From Obrimoposthia wandeli (taxonomy: Eukaryota), in NCBI GenBank assembly GCA_977020255.1, contig CDROCS010001101.1, forward strand, positions 186,001 through 250,000: a stretch of 64,000 nucleotides of DNA. The letters run 5' to 3'. The notes under the pieces are model-generated. The model was not told the origin of the DNA. It ran no database searches and saw nothing but the letters and a program-made list of their open reading frames with translations. Each line of letters begins with the position of its first letter. The stretch's first letter is position 1. Below are positions 8,842-20,186 of the stretch, piece by piece. The position numbers and the translations under genes are program-made.

Positions 8842-11800
8842 TTAGCTCGCATTTCTGCAGCTTAACTGAAGTAAATTTAATTCTCGTAACGCTACTGAGA
8901 ATTTAGCAAATTCATGCGAAGAGCTCATATTAAAATCAGCCAACATTTGCAGCCAACGAACAACAAGCGTGTCGTTATCAGATAACCATTCGTCAATGAT
9001 TATATCGCACTTACCTGTTGATGAACAAGTAGATAACACCACTGATGTTAAGCTACGTTGTTGTAGAGCAAGTTCTTCACGGAAAGCGGCTCTTGCAAGT
9101 GCTTGCCAATGGTTCGCAACCGGTTGCAAGTTAATCTGATGCATAAAGTCATGTAACTGTAGTTTGTTACCTAACGAGAAGAATACAGATTGTACTAACG
9201 ACATTGGTACTTGATGCTGTTGACATACATCTGCAATATCGAATACCGAGAACAAGGTATTCTGATGCACGATCTCATTGGCAATATCGACAGGTACTGA
9301 TTTCTCAATCAATGCTTCAATACGTTTACTTTGTTTTGCTTTGTCAGCATCAACCAGCACTTGCTCGGTATTCTCTTTCATACCGTTGTAGATAGGTTTG
9401 TAAAAAGCAATGGTATCCGAAATGCTCTTGTTACGATCGCGGTAACGTACTAACCAGCACGACGCACGACGAATATAGCGGCGACTTTCAAATAACATAT
9501 CAAGTTGTGTTGCTGAATCAACTTCGTTATCCAAGCCTGTCACTACATCCCACATGTTTTCCATGCCGATAACATGTTTCGCAATAACAAAACACTTAGC
9601 AATTTCAACAACGCTTGAACCAGTTTCATCTTGCATGCGGCCAACAAAGTTAAGGCCCATGTCATTAATGATTTCATTAGCAAGACGTGTTGCAATGATT
9701 TCATTTCTAAGTGGGTGATCTTGCATCTGCGCTTTGTACTTGTCTTGCATCAACTGCGGGAAAGCAGTGATAAGTAATTCTGACAAGAATTCATCTTCAA
9801 ATACTTCAGGGCAATTTAACTGTTCTTTCAACTGCATTTTTGCGTAAGCAAGTAATACAGCTAATTCAGGACGCGTTAAACCTTCATTTTTAGCCAGGCG
9901 TTCAGCTAATTCATCTTCGCTTGGTAAGAATTCAAGTTGACGATTTAACTTGCCGTTACGTTCAAGCATTTGCATGAAACGGATTTGTTCTTTTAACTGC
10001 TCTGCAGCACGTGTTTGCGTAACTGATACTGACAATGTTTGCTTGTAAGCATTATTCAATACTATTTCAGATACTTCGTCTGTCATTGAGTACAATAATT
10101 CATTACGTTGCTTACGTGTTAAGTCACCGCTACTTACAATGCTGTTAAGTAAAATCTTAATGTTAACTTCATTATCTGAGCAATCTACACCACCCACGTT
10201 ATCAATGAAGTCACTGTTAATACGACCGCCATTTCTGCCGTATTCAATACGACCAAGCTGTGTACAACCTAAGTTACCACCTTCGCCAACAATCTTAACG
10301 TTAAGTTCATTACCGTTAATACGTACGTGGTCATTGGCACGATCACCTACATCATTGTTGGTTTCAGACTCAGCTTTAACGTAAGTACCGATACCGCCAT
10401 TCCACAATAAATCTGCTTGTGACGTTAAGATCGCTTTGATTAAATCAGTTGGCGTCATTAATGATACTTTCGTACCAAGCATTTTCTTAATTTCTGGCGT
10501 TAGCGTGATCGCTTTTGCTGAACGTAAGAAGATACCGCTGCCTTTAGACATAATTGAACGATCGTAATCAGACCAGCTTGAACGCGGTAGCTTAAATAAA
10601 CGATCACGTTCAGCATAACTTGTTGCGCAATCTGGATTTGGATCGATGAAGATATGCATGTGGTTAAATGCGGCGATTAACTTGGTGCTTTTTGATAACA
10701 ACATACCGTTACCGAAAACATCACCGGCCATGTCACCGACAGCAATACAAGTAAACTCTTCTTCCTGACAGTTAATGCCCATTTCGCGGAAGTGACGTTT
10801 AACCGATTCCCATGCGCCTTTTGCAGTGATGCCCATTTTCTTATGGTCATAACCAACAGAGCCACCTGATGCAAATGCATCACCTAACCAGAAGTTATAT
10901 TCATCACTGATTTCGTTAGCGATATCAGAGAATGTAGCAGTACCTTTATCTGCTGCAACAACTAGGTATGAATCATCTTCGTCATAGAAACGTACATTTG
11001 TTGGATGAACAAGTTCGCCGTCAACAATGTTATCAGTGATATCAAGTAAACCACGAATAAACGTACGGTAACATTCTTTACCTATGTTGAATGCTTCATC
11101 ACGGTTGTGGCTAGGCTGAATTTGTTTACAAACAAAACCACCTTTAGCACCAACAGGGACAATTACGGTGTTTTTAACTTGCTGTGCTTTAACCAGACCA
11201 AGTACTTCAGTACGGAAATCTTCACGACGGTCAGACCAACGTAGACCACCACGAGCAACTTTACCACCACGTAAATGCACACCTTCTACTTGCGGTGAAT
11301 ACACAAACACTTCAAATTTTGGTAATGGTAATGGCATATCAGGGATCAGCGATGACTCAAATTTGAATGAGATATACGCTTTACTTTGATCAGCTGTTTT
11401 CAAGCGTGAGTCGATTTGATAGAAGTTAGTACGCGATGTTGCTGTAATAAGGTCGATGAAACGACGGATAATACGGTCATCATCCAAGTTATTCACTTGC
11501 TCTAACTTCGTTTCAAAATTAGCAATGATATCTAGGCTATCTATTTCGCCCTGATCCATCGCAAATTTTTGATGGAAGTAGCAGTATAAACTACTCGCTA
11601 GTTCTGGTAATGACGCTAATGTATTCTCGATGTATGCTTGGCTAAAGTTGTTACCAATTTGACGCATGTATTTAGCATACGAGCGCAATACCGATATTTG
11701 ACGGCCAGATAAGTTGGTTTTAAGCACTAACTTATTAAAACCATCATTTTCTAAACGGTTTTCCCATACTTGATGGAAGGTAGACATAAAGTCTGCACTA

Positions 11801-13692
11801 CGCTCTGTCGTATCAAGTACATTATCGCCCGTATAAAGCATGGTAAAATCAAGTACCCAATACACTGTACCGTCTGCTGTTTTAACTTTAAACGGTGTTT
11901 CGCCAAGTACTTTTAGTCCCATGTTTTCTAACATAGGTAATACATCTGACAAATGGATTGGTTGATCTTTATGGAACAATTTTAAGCGTACGTGGTTCGA
12001 GTCATGTTGCTCTTCTTGCGCACGGTAGAAAATCATTTCCAGTTTGTGTTCAGTCGATAGTGTTTCTAATTTGATAATATCTGCAACGGCAGAGTTAGGT
12101 AACACATACTCTTTATATGACTGTGGGAAAGCCAGGATGTATTTCTGAGAAAGAGAACGGCCTTTTTCTTCACCATAATGGTTGACGATAGCTGTTTTAA
12201 GCTTATCATTCCACGATTTAGCTGCTTCAGCTAAGTTCTGCTCGATTTCAGCTAAGTTTACGTTTACTTCTTTTATATTTTGATCAACGTGTACAAGATA
12301 TTGTGTTCTAGCCATATTACCTTCAGAGAAATAAGTATTAAATTCAACTTCTTTATCACTGCCTAGATAGTCAGCTAATACTTGCTGGGTCTTTTCACGT
12401 AACTGCGTGTTGTAACGCTCTTTAGTCACATAAACCATACAAGAATAATAACGACCGAATAAGTCTTTACGCACAAACAATTTAACTTGATCGCGGTCCT
12501 GCATGTGTAAAACACCCAAAGCACAATGCAAGATATCTGCTTCGCTCGATTGGATCAGTTCATCACGTGGATACGTTTCTAAAATGTTTAATAATGCTTT
12601 GTACGAGTGATTTATCGGGTTATAACCTGAAGATTCAAGTACACGTTTTATCTTGTCGCTGATTAGCGGGATATCGATAGCGCTGCTGTTATAAATAGAT
12701 GACGCGTATAAACCAATGAAACGCTCTTCACCAATAACATTATTGTTATCATCGAACAATTTTATGCCAACGTAATCGATATTTGCCGGTCTGTGTACAC
12801 GTGATTGTGCATCACTCTTCGTTAAAATAAGGGTATTCTTCGACAACACTTCGCTTTTTGCATCTGCTGATAAATTAGCAAGACCATAACCTTGGTTATT
12901 GGTCGAGTTTTTCATGATGCCCAGACTTGAATTACAGTCTGGTGTGATCACGTAATCGCCTTTTACAGGTTCGATATCGTAATGACGGTAGCCGAGTAAC
13001 GTGAAGTTATGATCGCTCAACCACGATAAAAATTTAAGCGTATCGGTATAGTCGATCGTTTTCTTGTTCGATTTTTTAGATAACTCATCAATGACAGACA
13101 GTAATTTGTCTTGCATTGGTGACCAGTCATTAACCGCAAGTGCAATTTCATTTAATACAGAGGTGAGTTCCGCACTAATGGCATCTAATTTACTGCTTTC
13201 TGTTTGACGATCAATTTCAATTAAAAATACCGTTTCTGAAGTGAAGTTCTTGGCATTTTTAGGATTTGTTAGAATTTTGTTTACACGACCGCTATCATCT
13301 CGTTTCAAAGCAATTGGCTGATGTAACATCAAATGTGAGATTACGCCAAGTCGAGATAAGGCCATCATTACGGATTCAGTCAGGAAAGGTGAGTCAGCGA
13401 CAATAATTTCAACAATCGTGTGTGTTGATTGCCAACCATTAAGACTGATTTCAGGATTGTAAACACAAATATCTGGACCGTTATTGTTGCTACTGTTTAA
13501 TCTGTTCCACAAACTAATTGCAGCACAATACAGATCGCTATCACTACGCGAAGAGAGATCTTCCTGCCTCATTCCAGCATATAATGCAGTGACAAACTGC
13601 TCGACTAATGTATTGCTTTTCGCATCTACTTTGGTCTTTACAAGGCTGATTACGTTTTCCAGTAACACGGGAATAGGCGTTTTATTCAACAT
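8842..13692 (-). CDS. gdhB: Large NAD-specific glutamate dehydrogenase (GdhB type)
   Basis: 1616 aa. ARGGLRWSDR, VKNTVIVPVGAKGGF, VVAADKGTATFSD, GDMAGDVFGNGML, NGGIGTYVK. Confidence 0.93.
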   Translation of the reverse strand: MLNKTPIPVLLENVISLVKTKVDAKSNTLVEQFVTALYAGMRQEDLSSRSDSDLYCAAISLWNRLNSSNNNGPDICVYNPEISLNGWQSTHTIVEIIVADSPFLTESVMMALSRLGVISHLMLHQPIALKRDDSGRVNKILTNPKNAKNFTSETVFLIEIDRQTESSKLDAISAELTSVLNEIALAVNDWSPMQDKLLSVIDELSKKSNKKTIDYTDTLKFLSWLSDHNFTLLGYRHYDIEPVKGDYVITPDCNSSLGIMKNSTNNQGYGLANLSADAKSEVLSKNTLILTKSDAQSRVHRPANIDYVGIKLFDDNNNVIGEERFIGLYASSIYNSSAIDIPLISDKIKRVLESSGYNPINHSYKALLNILETYPRDELIQSSEADILHCALGVLHMQDRDQVKLFVRKDLFGRYYSCMVYVTKERYNTQLREKTQQVLADYLGSDKEVEFNTYFSEGNMARTQYLVHVDQNIKEVNVNLAEIEQNLAEAAKSWNDKLKTAIVNHYGEEKGRSLSQKYILAFPQSYKEYVLPNSAVADIIKLETLSTEHKLEMIFYRAQEEQHDSNHVRLKLFHKDQPIHLSDVLPMLENMGLKVLGETPFKVKTADGTVYWVLDFTMLYTGDNVLDTTERSADFMSTFHQVWENRLENDGFNKLVLKTNLSGRQISVLRSYAKYMRQIGNNFSQAYIENTLASLPELASSLYCYFHQKFAMDQGEIDSLDIIANFETKLEQVNNLDDDRIIRRFIDLITATSRTNFYQIDSRLKTADQSKAYISFKFESSLIPDMPLPLPKFEVFVYSPQVEGVHLRGGKVARGGLRWSDRREDFRTEVLGLVKAQQVKNTVIVPVGAKGGFVCKQIQPSHNRDEAFNIGKECYRTFIRGLLDITDNIVDGELVHPTNVRFYDEDDSYLVVAADKGTATFSDIANEISDEYNFWLGDAFASGGSVGYDHKKMGITAKGAWESVKRHFREMGINCQEEEFTCIAVGDMAGDVFGNGMLLSKSTKLIAAFNHMHIFIDPNPDCATSYAERDRLFKLPRSSWSDYDRSIMSKGSGIFLRSAKAITLTPEIKKMLGTKVSLMTPTDLIKAILTSQADLLWNGGIGTYVKAESETNNDVGDRANDHVRINGNELNVKIVGEGGNLGCTQLGRIEYGRNGGRINSDFIDNVGGVDCSDNEVNIKILLNSIVSSGDLTRKQRNELLYSMTDEVSEIVLNNAYKQTLSVSVTQTRAAEQLKEQIRFMQMLERNGKLNRQLEFLPSEDELAERLAKNEGLTRPELAVLLAYAKMQLKEQLNCPEVFEDEFLSELLITAFPQLMQDKYKAQMQDHPLRNEIIATRLANEIINDMGLNFVGRMQDETGSSVVEIAKCFVIAKHVIGMENMWDVVTGLDNEVDSATQLDMLFESRRYIRRASCWLVRYRDRNKSISDTIAFYKPIYNGMKENTEQVLVDADKAKQSKRIEALIEKSVPVDIANEIVHQNTLFSVFDIADVCQQHQVPMSLVQSVFFSLGNKLQLHDFMHQINLQPVANHWQALARAAFREELALQQRSLTSVVLSTCSSTGKCDIIIDEWLSDNDTLVVRWLQMLADFNMSSSHEFAKFSVALRELNLLQLSCRNAS

Positions 13693-13846
13693 ACTAGCAA
13701 TCCTTTAAATCTTGGTTTATTAAGTCTAGCTAAAAAAGTAACTTATGAGGTGTTTCAAGCGGGCATTCTAACATTAATATTTGTAATAAAAATGCTACAG
13801 AGGCAACAAGATAGAAAGATAAATTCAGATTTTTAAGAACAAAACC

Positions 13847-13860
13847 TTGATATATATCTA
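13847..13860. promoter_or_regulatory. FNR-like box with one mismatch, upstream of gdh
   Basis: TTGAT-ATAT-ATCTA versus the consensus TTGAT-N4-ATCAA. The region is AT-rich, so a chance match is possible. Confidence 0.25.
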
Positions 13861-13946
13861 AAGATGGGCATAAGACGCCAAAATTGGTCTATATACCCAT
13901 TTAATGTAAAACAAACGTTTAACTAAATGTTAAATTATTTGTGGTG

Positions 13947-16559
13947 TTAAGCTAACGCACGGTCAATTTTTTCAAATAGATCGGCAGCTAGCGCATCAAT
14001 TTGACTTAATCTCACTAATTGCGCTTTCATTAAAGCTTGGCGTGCTGAATCAAACTTTTTAAATTCAATTAACGGTGTAATTAATCGTGAAGCCACTTGC
14101 GGGTTACTGCTGTTTAGCTGACATAAAATATCCGCTAAGAACACATAACCACTACCGTCGAGTGCATGGAATGCTTTGGTATTAAGTGCAGAGAAACTAC
14201 CAATCAATGAACGTGTTCTGTTAGGGTTAACTAACGAGAAGCTGCCATGTTCAAGGGTTTCTTTCACGACGTCCAAACAGTTTTCACTTGGGCTGAGGCC
14301 TATTTGTACAAACCATTTATCCATCACTAAACCATCATGTGACCAAGTTGATTCAAATGCAGACATCATCGTTTTAAAACAAGGTAATTGTGCTTTGTTT
14401 GCTGCACTAATCGCCCCCATCGTATCTGTCATATTATCAGATTGTTCAAACTGATTTAAAACCAATTCATTTACATTAGCTACATTCGCTAGAGCAATAT
14501 ATTCAAGGCATACATTTTTTAACGAACGTAAAGCAATATGTTCATGTTCGATTGCATAAGCACGTTTAGGCATAGCAGCGTAAATAGTCGCGCATGTTGA
14601 CGCTACGTTGCTAGCAATCTCTGCTTTAATGAAGCCAGTCACTGCCAATAGCGCATCGACATCGACTTCGTCAAATAAACCCATGAGGCTATTTGTTGAC
14701 GGAAATTGTAACATTTCGGCTTTTAATGCTGGGTCTAACTGCTCATTAGCAACAAGATCACGGAAAGCTTGTCCGAACACGGCCGGCAATTCAAGCGCTT
14801 GTTGATCACGAACACGAGCTACATTTTCAACCACGTGTTTATTGATCAATAACTGTGATGCATCCCAACGGGCAAAATCGTTGCTTGCATGCACCATTAA
14901 CATGGTGAGTTGTTCATTGGTATATGCGTAATTAAGTTTAACTGGCGCCGAGAACTCTCTGAACAAACTCGGTACTGGTGCTGACGTTACATTGTCGAAC
15001 ACAAAGTCTTGTTGTTTTTCAGTCAAGTTCAGCACGTGATGCACAGGTTTACCTGCAAATGTCAGTGCTAGTGGATTACCCTGCTCGTCCAGTAATTCAA
15101 TATCAACTGGGATATGCAGAATTTGTTTTATTTTTTGATCTGCCGTGCTTGGCGTGTGCTGCTGGATTGATAAAGTGTAGACTTGCGTTTCAGCGTTGTA
15201 ATGGTCGGTAACTGTGATACTTGGTGTACCCGATTGCGAATACCAGTTTTTAAACAAAGTAAGATCAACACCTGAAGCATCTTGCATTGAAGCAACAAAG
15301 TCATCGCAAGTAACCGCTTGGCCATCATGGCGTTTGAAGTATAAATCCATACCAGCGCGGAAATTGGCTTCACCTAATAGCGTATGGATCATACGTATAA
15401 CTTCAGCACCTTTATTATAAACGGTCGCAGTATAGAAGTTATTCATTTCGATAACAGAAGCCGGGCGAATTGGATGTGCCATTGGGCCTGCATCTTCAGG
15501 GAATTGCGCAGAACGTAACACTTTTACGTTTTGGATACGATTCACCGCACGAGAGCCAAGATCAGAACTGAATTCTTGGTCACGGAATACAGTTAAGCCT
15601 TCTTTTAGACTTAACTGGAACCAATCACGACAAGTAATACGGTTACCCGTCCAGTTATGGAAATACTCGTGACCGATTACCGCTTCAATGCCTAAATAAT
15701 CGGTATCTGTTGCACTTGCTGCATCAGCTAATACATATTTAGAGTTGAATACGTTAAGGCCTTTGTTTTCCATTGCGCCCATGTTGAAGAAATCAACAGC
15801 AACAATCATATAAACATCAAGGTCATATTCTAACCCGAAACGGTCTTCATCCCACTTCATTGATTTTTTGAGTGATTCAACAGCATGATGACCACGTGAT
15901 AAGTTACCTTTATCAACAAATAGCTCTAACTTCACATCGCGACCAGAAGCCGTAATGTAGTCATCTCTTAATACATCAAAGTCACCGGCTACTAATGCAA
16001 ATAAATAAGCTGGTTTTGGATACGGATCACGCCATTGTACCCAGTGTTGACCATTTTCCAAATCACCACTATCAACACAGTTACCGTTAGACAATAGGTA
16101 TGGGAAAGCAGCTTTATCTGCAGTGATCTTAGTGCTAAATACAGCCAGGACATCTGGACGATCAAGATAATAAGTTATCTTACGGAAACCTTCTGACTCA
16201 CATTGAGTACAAAAAGCATCAGCCGATTTATATAAACCTTCCAGGCTAGTGTTTTCCAGCGGGTTTACTTCAGTTTCGATGATAAGTACACATTCAGAAG
16301 GCAAATCAGAAATGATAAGTTGATTATCTTTAACCAAGTAATTGTCAATGGGATGACCATCTATCGATACTGCAAGTAGAGTAAGGTCGACACCATCTAA
16401 TATCAGCGGGTCATTGTGACTACCACTGCGGCGCACCTTATTAATAGCAACAATTTTAGTTTTACTGTCATCGAGATTGAAGTCTAGATCGATATTATCA
16501 ATGAAGTAGTTTGGTGCGGTATAGTCTTTTAAATGCTTAGCATTAGGCTTAACTGTCAT
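13947..16559 (-). CDS. pepN: Aminopeptidase N (M1 family)
   Basis: GAMENKG, GHEYFHNW...LKEGL zinc motif, NPQVASRL C-terminus. Confidence 0.97.
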   Translation of the reverse strand: MTVKPNAKHLKDYTAPNYFIDNIDLDFNLDDSKTKIVAINKVRRSGSHNDPLILDGVDLTLLAVSIDGHPIDNYLVKDNQLIISDLPSECVLIIETEVNPLENTSLEGLYKSADAFCTQCESEGFRKITYYLDRPDVLAVFSTKITADKAAFPYLLSNGNCVDSGDLENGQHWVQWRDPYPKPAYLFALVAGDFDVLRDDYITASGRDVKLELFVDKGNLSRGHHAVESLKKSMKWDEDRFGLEYDLDVYMIVAVDFFNMGAMENKGLNVFNSKYVLADAASATDTDYLGIEAVIGHEYFHNWTGNRITCRDWFQLSLKEGLTVFRDQEFSSDLGSRAVNRIQNVKVLRSAQFPEDAGPMAHPIRPASVIEMNNFYTATVYNKGAEVIRMIHTLLGEANFRAGMDLYFKRHDGQAVTCDDFVASMQDASGVDLTLFKNWYSQSGTPSITVTDHYNAETQVYTLSIQQHTPSTADQKIKQILHIPVDIELLDEQGNPLALTFAGKPVHHVLNLTEKQQDFVFDNVTSAPVPSLFREFSAPVKLNYAYTNEQLTMLMVHASNDFARWDASQLLINKHVVENVARVRDQQALELPAVFGQAFRDLVANEQLDPALKAEMLQFPSTNSLMGLFDEVDVDALLAVTGFIKAEIASNVASTCATIYAAMPKRAYAIEHEHIALRSLKNVCLEYIALANVANVNELVLNQFEQSDNMTDTMGAISAANKAQLPCFKTMMSAFESTWSHDGLVMDKWFVQIGLSPSENCLDVVKETLEHGSFSLVNPNRTRSLIGSFSALNTKAFHALDGSGYVFLADILCQLNSSNPQVASRLITPLIEFKKFDSARQALMKAQLVRLSQIDALAADLFEKIDRALA

Positions 16560-16601
16560 TTATAGTCCTAATCTATCCACGGATAGAGACGTAAAATAAT
16601 G

Positions 16602-16628
16602 AAAAAAGTGCAGCATCCTGCTGCACTT
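16602..16628 (-). terminator. Terminator after prc
   Basis: AAGTGCAGCA-TCC-TGCTGCACTT with a T run on the minus strand. Confidence 0.8.
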
Positions 16629-16647
16629 GGAGTAAAAATAGAGGGGG

Positions 16648-18648
16648 TTAGCTAGATTTGCTTAAATCTATCGCTATATTGGCTGCTTCTAATAGGAAGG
16701 CATCATCAAACTCAAAGTCCTCAGGTTTATCATCAAATGATTTAACCTCAGGTAATTCTTTACGAACTAAGCGTTCATTCAAACGTTTCAAACGAATTGC
16801 TTCGCTTTCTTCGCGTTCTTTAATGCGCACAGACTCTTTTAAAGAAATAGTTTTACTATCAAGTTCCTGTTTGTATTTAATAATATCTTCTTGGATATAA
16901 CTAAACTCAGGATTAACAGCAACTCGCTTTTTATGACCTTCAGTTAACAAGTTAATTGAAGATTGCAGCGCTAATGATTGTGCATAACTTGCTTTTCGGA
17001 CCTGATCCCAAGCTAATGCATTATCTTCAATAGACTCGCCCGTGTCTTCTGGGTTAACAGCCGATGGGAAAGTTATGTCAGGTAATACACCACGTAACTG
17101 GGTGCTGCCGCCATTGATACGATAGAATTTTGAAATAGTGTATTGAACACTACCAATTGGCTTATCATATAAATCATATAAACGGGCTAAGGTTCGGTGC
17201 TGTTGCACTGTGCCTTTACCGAATGTCTGTTCACCGACAACAAGTGCACGACCATAATCTTGCAATGCCGCAGCAAAGATTTCTGACGCAGATGCACTAT
17301 AACGGTTCACTAAGACAACCAATGGACCATCGTAAAATGTTTTACCGTCACGATCTTCTAATACATTTATTTTATTGCGGGCATCACGTACTTGTACTGT
17401 TGGACCGTCATCAAAGAATAAACCTGAAAGTGAGTTTGCTTCTTTTAACGCACCGCCACCATTATCACGTAAATCAATAATGATAGAACTGACTGAATCT
17501 TTCTTCAGTTTATCCAGCTCTGTCAGTACATTTTTAGTCAGACCATCATAGAAACTTGGGATCTCGATAACACCGACCTTCTCGCCTTCAACTTCGATTA
17601 CTTTCGATTTTGCGGCGCGGTCTTCTAAACGTACTTTGTCACGAACGATTTCAACAATTTTATGTTTTGCACTCGCACCTTCACCGCGTACGATCTCAAG
17701 ACGGACTTTGGTACCTTTAGGCCCTTTAATCTTATCGACAACGTCATCAAGACGCCAACCAACAATATCAACAATGGTTTTATCGTCTTGTGCAACACCA
17801 ACAATTTTATCTTCGGCTTTTAATTCTTTAGTCGAATCAGCCGGTCCACCTGCCACCAAAGAACGGATAACGGTATAGTCATCAATCGTCTGTAGTACAG
17901 CACCGATACCTTCTAATGACAGGTTCATTTCTGTTTTAAAACGGTCGGCATTACGTGGCGATAAATACGATGTGTGCGGCTCAATGCTGCGAGCATAAGA
18001 GTTCATTAATGTTTGGAAAACATCTTCACTCTGTGTCTGTTTTAAACGTTTGATTGCGGTATCGTAACGCTTATGCAGTAATTTTTTAATCTCAGGCCAG
18101 TCTTTACCGGTTAATTTTAAATTCAGTGCTTCATATTTAACTTTTTGACGCCAAAGTTCATTGAGTTCATCAGTTGTCTTGGCCCAATCAGATTCAGATG
18201 TATCGAAATAATATTCGTCATCAGTATCAAATTTGATCTCTGTTTCAAGCAAGGTTAATGCATAAGCAAATCTTTCATAACGGCGTTGTAGACCGACAGT
18301 ATAGATATCATAAGCAGGTGCAAGACGACCTTGACGGAAATCATTTTTAAATGACAGCGCATACTTGTTAAAGCTATCTATATCACTCTGTAAGAAAATA
18401 GTACGGTAGGCATCGAGTTGCTTTAGGTAACGATCGAAAACTTCGACAGCAAAAGTGTCATCAAAATCGACTGATTTATAGTGAGAGCGTGTAAAAAGAT
18501 TAACAAGACGTTTACTGGCTTCAGAATGCTGAGCTTCTTGCTTTAATGTGGGGAGTTCTTGAATCGAAACAGTGGGTTCAAATGCATGAGCATGTATGGC
18601 GAATAGTACCGAAGCACTGATAAAAGTCCGTGTTAAAACTTTTTTCAT
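16648..18648 (-). CDS. prc: Carboxy-terminal processing (tail-specific) protease
   Basis: Signal peptide, DPHTSY-like EPHTSYLSP, PDZ (LEGIGAVL), SASASEIFA and FGKGTVQ catalytic motifs. Confidence 0.95.
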   Translation of the reverse strand: MKKVLTRTFISASVLFAIHAHAFEPTVSIQELPTLKQEAQHSEASKRLVNLFTRSHYKSVDFDDTFAVEVFDRYLKQLDAYRTIFLQSDIDSFNKYALSFKNDFRQGRLAPAYDIYTVGLQRRYERFAYALTLLETEIKFDTDDEYYFDTSESDWAKTTDELNELWRQKVKYEALNLKLTGKDWPEIKKLLHKRYDTAIKRLKQTQSEDVFQTLMNSYARSIEPHTSYLSPRNADRFKTEMNLSLEGIGAVLQTIDDYTVIRSLVAGGPADSTKELKAEDKIVGVAQDDKTIVDIVGWRLDDVVDKIKGPKGTKVRLEIVRGEGASAKHKIVEIVRDKVRLEDRAAKSKVIEVEGEKVGVIEIPSFYDGLTKNVLTELDKLKKDSVSSIIIDLRDNGGGALKEANSLSGLFFDDGPTVQVRDARNKINVLEDRDGKTFYDGPLVVLVNRYSASASEIFAAALQDYGRALVVGEQTFGKGTVQQHRTLARLYDLYDKPIGSVQYTISKFYRINGGSTQLRGVLPDITFPSAVNPEDTGESIEDNALAWDQVRKASYAQSLALQSSINLLTEGHKKRVAVNPEFSYIQEDIIKYKQELDSKTISLKESVRIKEREESEAIRLKRLNERLVRKELPEVKSFDDKPEDFEFDDAFLLEAANIAIDLSKSS

Positions 18649-18760
18649 TAAAAATCCTTTTGAAAATAAGTAACGCTAAATTAATAATAGTCAAGTATTA
18701 GCCATTTTTCATATGTTTAGCTAACACTCGACTACTAAAAATTCAGAACACTCTTATTGT

Positions 18761-19393
18761 TTATACAAAAAGGTGCTCTCTTTTTACTTTTAGAGAAAGT
18801 CCTGATAGTAACTGAACTTGAACACCGTCTTTAGATACTTCAACGATAGTTGCTTGTACCGGTGCTTTACCAACTACAACTTTGACAGCTTGACCTGATT
18901 TAAGTTCAGCTTCATTGATTGGGCGTTCAACTTGAATTGTAGGTTTTTGATCTGCTTTAGGAGCTGATTTTTTAACTACTTTTTTAGGTGCTCGTTTTAC
19001 AGCAGGCTTTTTCTTTTCAGCAATAGCCTTCTGTTCTGCATTTTTCTTATTACGTTCAGCAAAGAATTTAGTTTTGCTTTCTTCAAGTGTTTTTTGTGCA
19101 TGCTCAATATGCTCTGCATCTAAAACACCTGCGTCGTTGCCATCTAAGTCAACTCGTACAGCATCTTTTTTAGCGCCGTGAAGGTAACGCCAGCTTGCAG
19201 TATACTGACGAAGAGCCGTACGTAATAATGTTTTACTAACTTTAGAGTCTTCTTTTAGACGCTCAGCCAGATCTTGAAAAATGCCAATTTTTAGCGGTTT
19301 AGCTTCGCCTTTTGCAGTGAAACATTTCGGGAATATTTCTACCAAATAAGCGATAACTTCTTTGCTATTTTTTAGCTTTTCAATGTTTTCCAT
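18761..19393 (-). CDS. proQ: RNA chaperone ProQ
   Basis: [28 protein letters not shown] FinO-type domain, C-terminal Tudor-like domain; upstream of prc. Confidence 0.95.
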   Translation of the reverse strand: MENIEKLKNSKEVIAYLVEIFPKCFTAKGEAKPLKIGIFQDLAERLKEDSKVSKTLLRTALRQYTASWRYLHGAKKDAVRVDLDGNDAGVLDAEHIEHAQKTLEESKTKFFAERNKKNAEQKAIAEKKKPAVKRAPKKVVKKSAPKADQKPTIQVERPINEAELKSGQAVKVVVGKAPVQATIVEVSKDGVQVQLLSGLSLKVKREHLFV

Positions 19394-19597
19394 GAATGAC
19401 CTTAAATTACTTCTAAATGTTCAGATATAACAAAACGTATTCTTGCTATATCGCATGTATAAAATTTATCGTTATTATAGAGCGATTGCAATTAAATGCT
19501 ATCTTTAATCCGTCCACTTAACCCCAAAAGGTGTTAAAAAATAACTATTCCGGTGATTTTTTAGACGTTCACAAACAATAATTAAGCGCATGGAAGA

Positions 19598-19909
19598 TTA
19601 AGCTGCTGCTTTTTCGACTGGAGTTTTTGGTGCTTTTTTAGCTTTCACGCTCTTTTCTTCTGTCTCTACAGGCGCTTTCAATTGTCCACCTTTCAAAAGA
19701 ACTTGTAATGAAGCGCTATTTTGAGCCAGATATAACGCTAACTCTTCAGCCAGGCGATCATCTATTTCAAGTGGTGATGTACTTATAAAATCAGTTAGGC
19801 CATCGGCAACATCTAACATCTTGTCATATGCATCAGCTTCTTTTTTACTTGTAGACGTCATTTTTTCCACACCATTTCGTTCAACTACATACTTTACTAT
19901 TACGGCCAT
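19598..19909 (-). CDS. yebG: DNA damage-inducible YebG-family protein
   Basis: MAVIVKYVVERNGVEKMT..SKKEADAYDKMLD. Start moved to the ATG at 19909. Confidence 0.9.
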   Translation of the reverse strand: MAVIVKYVVERNGVEKMTSTSKKEADAYDKMLDVADGLTDFISTSPLEIDDRLAEELALYLAQNSASLQVLLKGGQLKAPVETEEKSVKAKKAPKTPVEKAAA

Positions 19910-19929
19910 GAACTTATCCCTTGGATACA

Positions 19930-19945
19930 CTGTATATTATGACAG
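19930..19945. promoter_or_regulatory. LexA (SOS) box upstream of yebG
   Basis: CTGTATATTATGACAG matches CTG-N10-CAG and lies 20 nt upstream of the yebG start. Confidence 0.88.
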
Positions 19946-20186
19946 TGTATTTAGTATTCCCCATTAATTCAAGTGACTGTTCACAAATTATGCTTTATTG
20001 CAGTGTCGACATGCTAATTCACTCCGCTAACATGCAAATACCGTATAGGGTATTACAAATCTTCAAGGATAAACTTGTGATCGTGTTGATATTAGAGATA
20101 AAATAATGCTATTAATAAACGCATGGAATAGTGCTACATTTTAACAGTAAGATGTAAACAGCGTAAATGACTACTAGCGGGTATCA

